A stretch of 64,000 bases of DNA from Polymyxa betae A26-41 (taxonomy: Eukaryota > Protista > Endomyxa: Phytomyxea). This document shows, piece after piece, positions 12,501-23,071 of this stretch. How positions within the stretch are numbered: the stretch's first letter is position 1; every line of letters starts with the position of its first letter. The stretch lies in the NCBI GenBank assembly GCA_003693705.1, contig RBZT01000146.1, forward strand, positions 58,635-122,634, written 5' to 3'. The position numbers and the translations under genes are program-made. Under the pieces are notes generated by a model. That model saw only the letters and a list, made by a program, of their open reading frames with translations. It ran no database searches and was not told the origin of the DNA.

Positions 12501-15500
12501 TCTCCCTGCTGTAGAAGCTTTAGAACGTCTTATCGTGATTGGGCGGCAAAGATCGGATTCAAACTTGCGAACCGAGCATCTTCGTACTATTTGTGAAAAG
12601 AATGGTGTCGAGCGGTTGATTGGACTGGTAATCAAGACAATTTTGAAGTTGTTTTGTAGTGATCTATTCACAAAATCCAGCTCGCATTGATAATGTTTTG
12701 AATCGAGATTATAGGTGGCGTCCAAATCGGAACGTCTCTCACAATTGGCATCTCGAGCTCTAATGCTGCTTGTTGATGATCTTCCTGTCGATGATATGTC
12801 GTACAGGGCATTGAAACCAACCTCTCTAAACGTTCTATCTTCCTTAATGATCAAGGAGATGGTTAACCTTAGGGAAAACAGTCATAAGCTGAATGAGGTA
12901 AACGGTTTCTGAATCTGTTTTTTTCTGAAATCAATTTCGCAATATACCTCAAATTCTCTCTTTCATCTTTCTTGATTATTCCCCTTCAGTCGCTTCAAGA
13001 GAAAAAAGAAACAGTCTCTGCTCTGAGAGGGTTTCTTGAATCAGCTAAAACTAAACAAGAAGCGTCTCCTTCTGAAACAGAGCAATCGCACACTACAAAT
13101 GCTATCGTCACTGGCCTTCCAATTGCAATCGAAACTGAACAAACACAGCAATCTGAACCGGGGTCGGCTCCTTCAGAATCCCTCGCTGATGGACCTTCTG
13201 TTATTGAATCGTTTGGGTATGTGGTAAACTCTCTCCGAATACCATCCGTTTAACTCTCAAAACCAGGGTTGCTTCGATGTCTCATGTTGAGATTGCTATT
13301 CAGCCCAAACCAGCTACAGAAGATGTTGTTAGAATGCTAGCGTGAAATATGAATAAACTGAGTGCTATCTTAGAGGGATAGCAACGACGTACCGGCTGCC
13401 CAATCTCAACCTCAGACAAGCGCCGTTGTCGCGTCGGACCAACCCGTTCCTGTGAACTCCAGCAACAGTACTTTAGGTAATCTAATGTTTTACATACTTT
13501 CGTCGGTAGCTAACTCATTCGTCAAGATCTGGGGGAATCACGTCTGCAAAACTATCGAACTTCCGGATCAGAAGAGCCTGAGAGTGCAACATTGACTAAT
13601 ACTAACGCCAATGTGAATTTTTTTCCCTGTTTTTAATGCTTCGTGGCTCGTAATTTCAGCTTTTGAAAAACCCGGGCTGATGCCTGCTGTGTTACCAGGC
13701 TTCGATCAACTGGCCGCCGACTCCTGAAATCCCCATTCCAGCTACACATCCAGGTAATGTTGTGCTGCTTCTGATCACGGTTCGTACTAATTCTGAACAT
13801 TTCAGCTTCCGCTTTAGACCCTCAACTTGTTTATGCTGATTGGGTGCTAATCCACGACTCCAGCTTAGAATTGTACAACGTTAATCCTCCTGGGCGTTCG
13901 TATGAATATTGCTCACAGATGGAAGCCGAGATACGTTGTCGTGCAACCTTCCCTGATCTTCGTTTATCCATCATATGAAGAGATGCGTCAATCAGGTGGA
14001 GTGCCCCCTGAATTCATTGTTAACGCTGGCGTTCCAGCTGGCAGGAAGCTCAAATACAAGGTAGCCTCACGCTTTCTGATGGGTTTTCATTTCGCGTTGG
14101 TTGTAATCATGCAAATCAACCATTTTTGTTGCAGCAGTGCTTAATTTGCTTCTAGTTATGTTTTGCTTAATCTTGTTTGGTTCAGACTGGTCGCAAGTAC
14201 AAACAACCATACTGTTTCCATTTGTGCTGCCAAGGGATTAAATGGTGGTTCGCGTTGCGCTCAGAGAAGGATACTGTGTTTTGGGGCCAAATTCTTGTAT
14301 TGCCACTTCCAGAGGTAGCTTATTGAATAATTTCGCCTTTCACAGCTTATTCACTATATAATCTGCTGTTGTGCATACTGACGTCAATTTAGACAATCGA
14401 AACGACTATGCAGCGCTATATACAGTCTGAGCTCCGTGATGGTGCTGATTTCGAGCAGGTTGATTCGGCAAATGATTCGCTGTCTCACCCACTTTCCTCC
14501 CAGCAGGTATTCTTTTAAAAGCAATTCATGCTTTTGCCTTAAATGATTAACGTTTTTAAATTTTAAATAAATAGAATACAATAACTTCTTTACAATTTTT
14601 TCACCTTTCATTTATTTGATTTAACAGATCTTATAACGTTTTTTAGGATGCTCCAGCGCTTTCTAATGCTACAACTATTGAAGAGTCTGCTCTTTCAGTT
14701 GCGATTGGCGAAGTCAGCGCTGCTCTGCAATTTCCAAGCAGCATTGTAGAAACTCCAGCACCAAGAACCGCCTCTAATACTGAAGAGCGCGATACCTTTA
14801 TTTCGGTTTTACCTCCAACAGATTTTAAACCCGATAAGAAATCTGGAAAGGTTTTTGCTTATCACCTGTTTAAGTCTGCGTATTCATGGACACAATAGGA
14901 TTCTACTAGCGATGTTGAGGAGGCCGATAAGAGCCAAACCGAGATGCAATTTGACCTTCTTGGTATCAAATCACCTGATATTGACGAAAAGTTATCCGAT
15001 GGCGCTGCTGAAAATGACACCATTGATCGTAAATTCGAATTTGTTGATGTCGTACGTCAGCCGGAACAAGGATTGCCAACAAGCAACCAGGATCAAGTTG
15101 AAGATGCTCCGATGATCAATAGCGATACGCATTCAGAAGATGCTGTTCATCATGATGCCTTAGATTATGTAAATCACAACATTGCCGATTTCCAGCATCA
15201 AGAACAGTTACTCTCGATCAACCAACATTCTATTGCTGATTTGCAAGCCCCGATGACGCCTCTAGCTCTATTTATTGAAAATGCTAACGCTCCACTAACA
15301 GTCCGACATCGCGACGTTGCCCAAGACGTCGAAGTTCAGGAAAGCGTTTCTGCTGTGGATTATGCCAATGCATTGTCGGAAGATCGTGATACGCTCAGTA
15401 TTGTTCATTATAACGACGTTACTTCGGAAACTACTGCTGCTGATGCCCTCCATGATGGAATCGGAATCAATTCTGCTCCACTCTTGGGGCCATGTGTTTC

Positions 15501-16806
15501 TGATGACTGCTCGAGAATATCCACAGAAGCGATAAACGAGCTACAACCTGTTTTGAAGAGGTTTGTTTGCCTTACATCGTTGTGCTGATGATCTGACTTG
15601 AAAACTTAAGCGGTGCACCCGAGCAACATAGTGAGAGGTTTAGTATCGTCCAGCACAGCGACCATTCTTTGGAGACTGTCGCTGCTGATTCCGTTCCTGA
15701 AGATAACAATGTCAATGCCGCTTCACTTATCGGTGTCTCCATTTTGAATGACAACTCGAGGCTATCCACAAACCCTGGAGACGAGCTAGAACTTATTGCT
15801 GCACAAAAGAGGTATTTAAACGGCAATGTCCGGTTCAGGTGGCTGGCTGATGTAGAAGTTTCAGCGATGCAATCGAGAATGATTATGTCATAGTTTCTGC
15901 CAGGTACATTTAGAGATTCAATTGGTCTTTTGACGCTAACACCGATGATAGCGATGCTACACCGATTTTTGAAGGAACCGCAAAACATGCCGACATTGGT
16001 GCTACAAATGCTAGGTATCTAATCAATGTTCTTGTAATGATCGACTGACACAGTATACGGAAAGTGCATCGGAAGTTGCAGCCGACTCGTCCCATATGGT
16101 TAATCGATTCGTGAAAAGATACATCGATGTTGCTGCACCGACTACAATTGATGCCAAGATTAACGTATGCCTTACCATAAAATCTGGTATGCAGCATGGA
16201 AAGCTTATATCTGTTTTCGCATTCTCGAGACCTGAGCATTGTTAGGTGACGACTTGATTCGTTCGGATAAAACTTTGCAAATGAACGCGATGCCTTCGGT
16301 ACCCTCACTGCCAGCAATATTCGCTTCAGAATATGGTCGTCGTGATTGCTGGCAATTCGCATATTTGGTTATAGCAAACATCAAAACTATGAAATGTAAG
16401 TTAACACGCGGCTTCCTATTCAATAATTAATTTATCATATAGGGGAGCGTCGCTTCGTGATCTTATTGGGTTCCCACCCACGTCGCTTATTAGCGTTCAA
16501 GAGTCATGGTGAGAGAACAACACCAACACCAAACTCGCGTTGCTAAATCCGGTTTTAGAAGCACTCGAGCTGGTCGACGAGTTTGTACTTGAAGGTCTCG
16601 CCCACGTTGCGGACGAACATGTCGTTGAAAAGTGCCTCGGTTTCGCTGTCAATGTTGATCGCAGGTTGGCGTTCGCTGTTCCAGTCCGCTCTGCTGGAGA
16701 TGAACATCGGCGTGATCTGCTCTGCGTCTGCAGCTCGGAAATGGAGAAAAACAAATGGATGTCTCTGCTCGAGCGTGTCGTTCTCATCTCTCGTACTGCA
16801 ACATGA
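9586..16806 (+). CDS. Multidomain TKL (Raf/MLK-like) kinase: split PH with FYVE-like insert, kinase, helical region, PH, low-complexity region, PH; many exons
   Basis: PH start KCGHLKKQG..NWKRRWFILK; kinase IGDGAFGEVF, VAVK, LRHPNVVLYIGAC, IIHRDLKSHN, DFG, GTPEWMAPE, DVYSFG; further PH motifs WKPRYVVV (~13920) and WERRFVIL...EKNKWMSLL (~16440-16790). Continuity as one gene past ~13 kb is inferred. Confidence 0.8.
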
Positions 16807-16876
16807 TAAATTCGTAACTTTGAAGACCGGCTGGTTTCGCCGTTTCGTCTCTGAATCTGATACTTCCGTCACACCC

Positions 16877-18443
16877 ATGTTAACTAGGCGACGTCCTTCA
16901 TTAGCACTTGGACACAGAGATCATGTTGGCCCCATCAGCCAAGCCCTACGGCGCCGACCTTTCCTTCGACTTTTGCAAATAACTGTTGTTTGTCTGTCGG
17001 TGCTTTCCATATTTGTAATGGTCAAGTATAACCCTTCGCCAATCGACTACATCATGAACGAATCATATCTCGAAGATCAGGCCCCGTTTTTTAATGAATC
17101 TGTAGTCGAATATCGCCATCGCATTCAGAACACGCCTATTCGGAAAGATACGATATTCGTATCGATAGCATCATTTCGGGATATTTTTTGTCAGAAAACG
17201 CTCAAGCGTTTATTCCAATCTGCAAGTAGACCAGAACGGGTCTTTGTCGGGCTTTGCGATCAGTATGATTTTTCTGATCCTGACGATATTCCTTGTATAA
17301 CGGGCTTGTCTGGGAAGTATCGCAAGCAGGTAAATTTGCTAAAAGTCAAGCCCCAAACCGACCTTCCCTGCCTAGGTTCGCGTTGTGCGATTACAAGCAG
17401 ATCGCGGTCGTGGCCCAACACACGCGCGCTACATCGCTTCAAAGCTGTGGTCTGGCGAGCAGTTCTTCATGCAGATCGACTCGCACAGCGACTTCCTTGC
17501 AGGCTGGGACGCGCTGCTCATCGATATGGTACTGGACTGGACATTGCTGTGTTAAGAGCCTCTGGCTCATCTTATTTACTTATGACAAATGGCCACTGAA
17601 AGTTGGACATTTTCACCAAGTGGAATTTTCACCAAATAACGCACTTGTTTCATTTTCATGAAAGTTTTCAGTGACTATTTGGCATCCATTTAAGAGACTC
17701 GTTGTAGTTGGGGAGATTGCCAGCTCGCTCGATCGTGACGCATTACCCGCCGTCCAGCGTTGGCGAGCTTGGCCCAGGCAATCCGATCCCCTGGATCTGT
17801 TCTGCAACCCATGACAAGGCGCCACCTGGTCTGATCATCCAGCTGCCGGAAGCATGCCATCCTGAGAGTCATTCGCCTGGGTTTAAAACCTGTTTCGCGC
17901 CGTAATTATTTGAACAGCTCTGGTCTCTGTTTGATAGCAGACAGGTTTCTTGGCGCAGGATTCTTCGCTGGAGAGAGCTCGTTATTGTATGATGCTCCGT
18001 TCGATAAGTGTATTTGGTTTCGTTTAAATTAAAGAGCTTGCGCTGATGTTTGTCTAGATCTGGCGTTCTTATTCCATGGTGAAGAACTCCTGATTGCTGC
18101 ACGTTTGTGGACAAGTGGATGGAATCTGTTCGCCCCCGAGTTCAATCTTGTTTCGCATGTCTATGGCGGTCGTTCCAAGAACGTTTTCGTTCAAGTTCCA
18201 GACTGGTATCTATACGCATCGAAGTCGGAAGCTCGAGCTCGGGCGATTTTGCAGTCTCCTTTGCCCGTCGATAAAGATTACGATCGGTCTGAGATCGCTG
18301 AGCTAGGAATTGGGACAAAGCGGCCACTAGATGAATTCTGGCGGTTTTCTGGCGTCAATATGCCAAGCGGGAACATCTCAAGGCGATGCGACCAGTGGTT
18401 TGATACAAATCGTAACCTGTGGAGGCACACCTCTGATAGATGA
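16877..18443 (+). CDS. GT60-family GlcNAc-transferase (Gnt1/Gnt2-like) with type II membrane anchor
   Basis: TM LLQITVVCLSVLSIFVMV; IFVSIASFRD..C; RPERVFVGLCDQ; RGPTHARYIASKLWSGEQFFMQIDSHSDF...WD; HYPP; GEELLIAARLWTSGWNLFAP. Confidence 0.88.
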
Positions 18444-18646
18444 TCGTGTTATCTATCAATTGGTATTCTTTAAGACGAGAAATTATCTAACTCAAATCCA
18501 TCGTGCCATGGCTGCAGAGGATCTCAAGTTAGTATCGACAGACTGATGTGAAGTCTGATATCAAATCAAATTAACAAGATGACTTGATACGGACACTGTT
18601 CAATCTATTCTAGCAGAGCCATAGGATCCAAAGTGCAAATTTTGAT

Positions 18647-20163
18647 TTATTCATACTTGCTTTTTCCACCATCGCCGCCGCGGACAGGTTTCTTTGAATT
18701 CAGTCGATGTTTAAACTCAACAATGTCGCACACGACTGTGTCCGGGTATTCCAGAGCCGGAAAATGTCCACCTGAGCAAACGAAGATTAGTTCGGGTCGC
18801 TCTGTAATCTGAGATGCACCTTTATCGTGGAAGTTGTGCTGAACGACGTTCCCGTATTGTTGACTAATCCACCATGACGGCGACCATGTAATATCGCAGG
18901 TAAATTCAGATATTGCTACTGGAACCTTCGGGACCTCTGTATCGGTGTATATCGCCCATGGATCTAGCCAAAGCGAGTTCCTGTAGAAGTCTATCGACGT
19001 GGGCAGAGATTCGGTCAAGATGAACAATGTGATCGTGGTCAGAATCTCTTCCATTCGAACTCGACAATGCTGCAATTGTGTTCGCGATATATCCAGCTTC
19101 TCAGCGAACAATTGCAAACGCTCCTCTTTGGTCATGTCCTCTTTTAACTCGACGCCAGTCGAATCTGTCCAGGTGACGTATTTGTCAGCGATCCAGACCG
19201 CGGCTGCAACAGGGGATTGAGAGAGAGCCAGGCCGATGGTACGAGGCTTGGTGCAATGATCGAGCAGATACGAAGTCTCCTGCAAATAGTTTCTCATCAT
19301 GATTTGCTTCTTCAAACGTTCGTAGCGTGATGGGAATGCAAACATCATCGAGAACAGATTCTTGATGGAACGCCATGGCGACCAGATCGATAATCGCGGT
19401 ATGCAAATGCTGCCTTGCTGGTGCAAACCGATACAGTGTTTCTCAGGATCTTTCGAGACCATCATGCTGGCAACGACGTTGCTTAAATCTGCACCGTACA
19501 CGATATATTTGTCATAACCAAGACGCTGCATCAATTCCTTGAAGATAACAGCAGACTAAAGACCGAATGTCAATGCAGATCGAGATATCAATATGATCGG
19601 GCGAACTTTGGTGCATCCTATCCCAGGCTGAGTCTTGGAGAAGATGAAACCAGGCAAGGAAGGCGCCACGACATGGAAGGCGTCGTCGGGTCGAGCCGGG
19701 CGCGTCAGCGTCGGAATGATTCTGCGAAATTCGAATGGGGTCGATGGCCATCCATGCATCAGGATAATGGGCGTTGCATTGTCTACGAAGGCGTCGTAAG
19801 AACTGCAGATGATGAATGACGAACATTACCATGAGGAGATCGCGCATGAATGAAATGGATATCGACGCCTTCTATCTCTGTATGGAACTGAGGCAGTTCA
19901 TTGAGGGCGTTGAGCTCATCATCGAGGCGATACTGGGTCTGCCAATATTCCATCAAGGTTTTGAAATCGGCTACTTTCAGTCCAGTGGCGCCATCGGTAT
20001 CATCGATGTTGTTGGGAATCACTGCAGATTTGATGTTCGCCTGCAAGGCAGCTATCTACAAATCGACTCAGTATCGAGCGTATCGTGCTGCGATAACGCT
20101 CACCTTCTCTTCCGGGAACTTGATCGTGAAAGGGAATACATTCAGCTTGGGATTGGGAGTCAT
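18647..20163 (-). CDS. Epoxide hydrolase (EHN/microsomal-type alpha/beta hydrolase)
   Basis: PFTIKFPEE; LPQFHTEIEGVDIHFIH; HGWPST; FHVVAPSLPGF; KPRTIGLALSQSP; GGHFPALEYP. Nucleophile elbow reads GADLS. Confidence 0.92.
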
Positions 20164-20229
20164 GTTATGGCGGCACAATATCGACTCAGATTCAAGTTTG
20201 AATCACAACCGTACAGAAATCTGATCAAT

Positions 20230-20242
20230 GGGGGGGGGGGGG
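20230..20242. repeat. G13 homopolymer ~70 nt upstream of the epoxide hydrolase start
   Basis: 13 consecutive G read directly. Confidence 0.9.
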
Positions 20243-21105
20243 TCCTGGTTCGTATCTTGTACGGAACTCCGAACTTGACGATTTAAGCAATATCGGGGAT
20301 GACACGAGGCACGATATCGGACGGAGATATGACAGTATTCGAGATCATATCATGACAGCGTAAATGCAAGAAGTTTTCATTCATTATAAGCGGTGTTCGA
20401 AGCTCTTCAGCGTCCTGACGTGCCTGCTGATTATGGTTTCCCATAGACCCTTGGTTATTGATGGTTATCTAGAGCTGCTACAATTACAGTATTCGTGCAT
20501 CTTCTCGTGTACATGGGATCAGCCAAAACCTTTGATATGGAGCATTAAAAATGATCGTCAATCTGGGTGAGCAACAGCCAGCATATGCTTGAGTGGACCG
20601 AATAGCGGCATGGTATAGTTGGGCGTTATGAAATCGGCTCCCAGCGCCCTGTTAATACTGAGAATCCGCTATAGGGCAGTTCATGGTGAACTGAACGATT
20701 TTAGGCAGAAAGCAACAACAATATGAAGGTTATCTGACAGGATTTACTAAGTCTTTTATTATAAATTTTACAGATTTATAGATTGCCTTTTTTCTATCTG
20801 TAGTCCTGCCTTAAGCTCGATAAGCCCTGCTAGACGATACTTATAGCAGCGACATTTTAGTGCCTTGGATTATTGATAGAGTTTCCAGATGATCATCCAC
20901 CATCTCAAATCAAACAGTGTCCATCGATAACTAGCAGATCTCTATTAAAATCGGCACCATTGTCAGAATCGTCTTCTACTACGAATCGGCATTTGAAGGA
21001 ATGAAATTATCAAGCAAATTATGTTAAACAAATCATTGCTGAAAGATTGAGTAAAGAGGTTCCTGCTGAGACCCGTAGAAGAGCGCATTGAATCATTTGG
21101 TCTAA

Positions 21106-21860
21106 ATGCAGTCGTCATTGATGGCGATCTCCGCCGCCATCTCTGTAGGTATCGTGACCGGGATCGTGATCGAACGCTTCGTCGATCGGCGACGAAAGCC
21201 AGCACCACCGATTGTCATCGACGATGATGACAGCGATGAAGAGATCGAGGACGATGGCGACGATGAGCTGAGGATTCTTTTGGCAGTTCGTCAGGATTTG
21301 AAAATGGGCAAAGGCAAGATCTGTGGTACTGTATGGCTCGCTAATAGGATCGTCGAATCTGAGATCGTTCAGCTCAATGCAGTCATGCTGCTCTTGGCGC
21401 TTATAAGCAAGCTGTACGGAAATGGCCCGAATTGGTCAGGAGGTATGAAAGGTCTGGCGAGACCAAGATCGCTGTTAAGATCAACGATCTGCAACAAATG
21501 TACGTTTGGTGTTTTGAAAGTTTGTCATCGCGAACTCGAATCGTCAATTATTTTGTTCTTGTTTTTCTCACGTTGAGTCTTTAAGCTATATTTTTTAAAA
21601 TCCTGGACGATGTTTCCACTCAAACATTTGTCCAAAGAACGTCATGTTTTCCAGGTGCTTTCTACTGTCGAAAAACAATCGCTGAAATCTGGACCAGGCA
21701 GGAATTACGTCAGGCAGCCGAAGCGATCTCAGTGCCCACCCATACTGTACTCGATGCAGGGCGTACTCAGATTCCGGCACATTCGGCGACCGTACTGGCT
21801 CTGGGTCCCGCCCCCAAACGTCTGCTTTCGAAAATCAGCTCGCATTTGAAATTGTTGTAA
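21106..21860 (+). CDS. PTH2: Peptidyl-tRNA hydrolase 2 with N-terminal membrane anchor (3 exons)
   Basis: VRQDLKMGKGKICAQCSHA; ETKIAVK; DAGRTQIPAHSATVLALGPAP; HLKLL*. Confidence 0.95.
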
Positions 21861-22020
21861 TCCATCTAATTGGACTTTTATTTAGCAGTCATCATGACAC
21901 CTATCTAAACCAGATCTGCATTGTTCTACAGAACGGCTGTCTTATCGTTAATCAACAACGAGAGAAAAAATCCTCGTTGATGTCGCGTGCACCTCATTTC
22001 TGTCATCTCTTTGATTATGT

Positions 22021-22593
22021 ATGTTTGAGACCAAACATCGACCTTATCTTCGATATCTAAATCGGGAAGTTCACCCAGGGTCAGATTCCGACCTGGACAT
22101 CGATTCTAGGTCGCTCTATCCTCCTCATGAATCACATGCTAGCACACGACAGCTGTTACAAACCTTACTTAAAGCGCCTCGACATTCGCTTGATATAGTC
22201 GACCAATCACCTTGGCTTAGCCAAAACCTACCGATATATCAGCAGCAAACCCGAACACAGTCGAAACAGCAGAAACGAACGCAACCGCTTTCGACCACGT
22301 CACGAGCGAGATTGAAATCGTCGGAATATGCAGCCCAACCGATTGTTCCGAAGCAGAACGAAGGGAATCGGTCATTCAGGAAATCGAATCTCAACGTCAT
22401 TCGATTGAATTTTAATTGCATCCCGGATCCACCTGCGACTGATTCATATCGATCGGCATCATCACTCAACAAGTACGATCACATCTGGCATCAGGAGCAT
22501 CGCCTTCGTGCTTTACGTGAGCAAGTTCGTGTTCAGCCGCCACCGTTGCAGGCAAACCGTCGTCCAACTCAACAATTATCTCGACTTTATTAG
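22021..22593 (+). CDS. Hypothetical hydrophilic protein; start may lie upstream at ATG 21980 via an intron
   Basis: 190-aa open frame between PTH2 and SEC15; no recognisable motif. Confidence 0.5.
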   Translation: MFETKHRPYLRYLNREVHPGSDSDLDIDSRSLYPPHESHASTRQLLQTLLKAPRHSLDIVDQSPWLSQNLPIYQQQTRTQSKQQKRTQPLSTTSRARLKSSEYAAQPIVPKQNEGNRSFRKSNLNVIRLNFNCIPDPPATDSYRSASSLNKYDHIWHQEHRLRALREQVRVQPPPLQANRRPTQQLSRLY

Positions 22594-22947
22594 CAAGATC
22601 ATCAAATCAGGTTGACGAGTTCATTCTCAGCCTGAAGTTCTGGTGAGCGATCTGAGCCATTGCTGGCGTCTGTGATTCGTGGACGGTTCGGCAGTATCTC
22701 TATAGCCTATAGGTTTCTCTTGTTGTCCCTATAAGAATGCTCTTTGATCAAAGTGCTTTTACTTTGTTCTTTTCGAGAAAAAAGTTCTTGATCTCACGGA
22801 TCATTCACAGATGGTGAAATGAAACCAATGAAAGATGTCAATCTGTCAACGAAGGCTTCAAAACCTTCTCACATAACAGGACACCTGGCCTGATCTGTTG
22901 CGTTCCATTTCGCAGCTATTTAATGTAATAAACCGAGTTGACGGGAC

Positions 22948-22964
22948 TAGGGTTTAGGGTTTGA
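22948..22964. repeat. Short interstitial telomere-like (TTTAGGG/telo-box) motif upstream of SEC15
   Basis: TAGGGTTTAGGGTTTGA; the identical 17-mer is at 57851-57867. Confidence 0.6.
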
Positions 22965-23071
22965 CGAAAGTCAAAGACAAACTTATCTCCATCTGGTTAC
23001 CTGTACTGTTACTGCGGATAAAAGTTCTTCATTGTCATCACTATTGTGGTGGCCATCCAGCTTCCATCATC

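Noticed and set aside
16583-16876. N-terminal extension of the 338-aa ORF (apparent overlap or fusion of kinase and GT60)
   Set aside because: It starts at a non-ATG codon and is an alternate frame of the kinase's last exon. ATG 16877 gives a normal type II membrane protein.
4612-18443. Functional Skp1-glycosylation cluster (SKP1-like protein plus GT60)
   Set aside because: The GT60 has a membrane anchor, unlike cytosolic Gnt1. The SKP1 likeness is tentative, the genes are >10 kb apart, and no prolyl hydroxylase is present.
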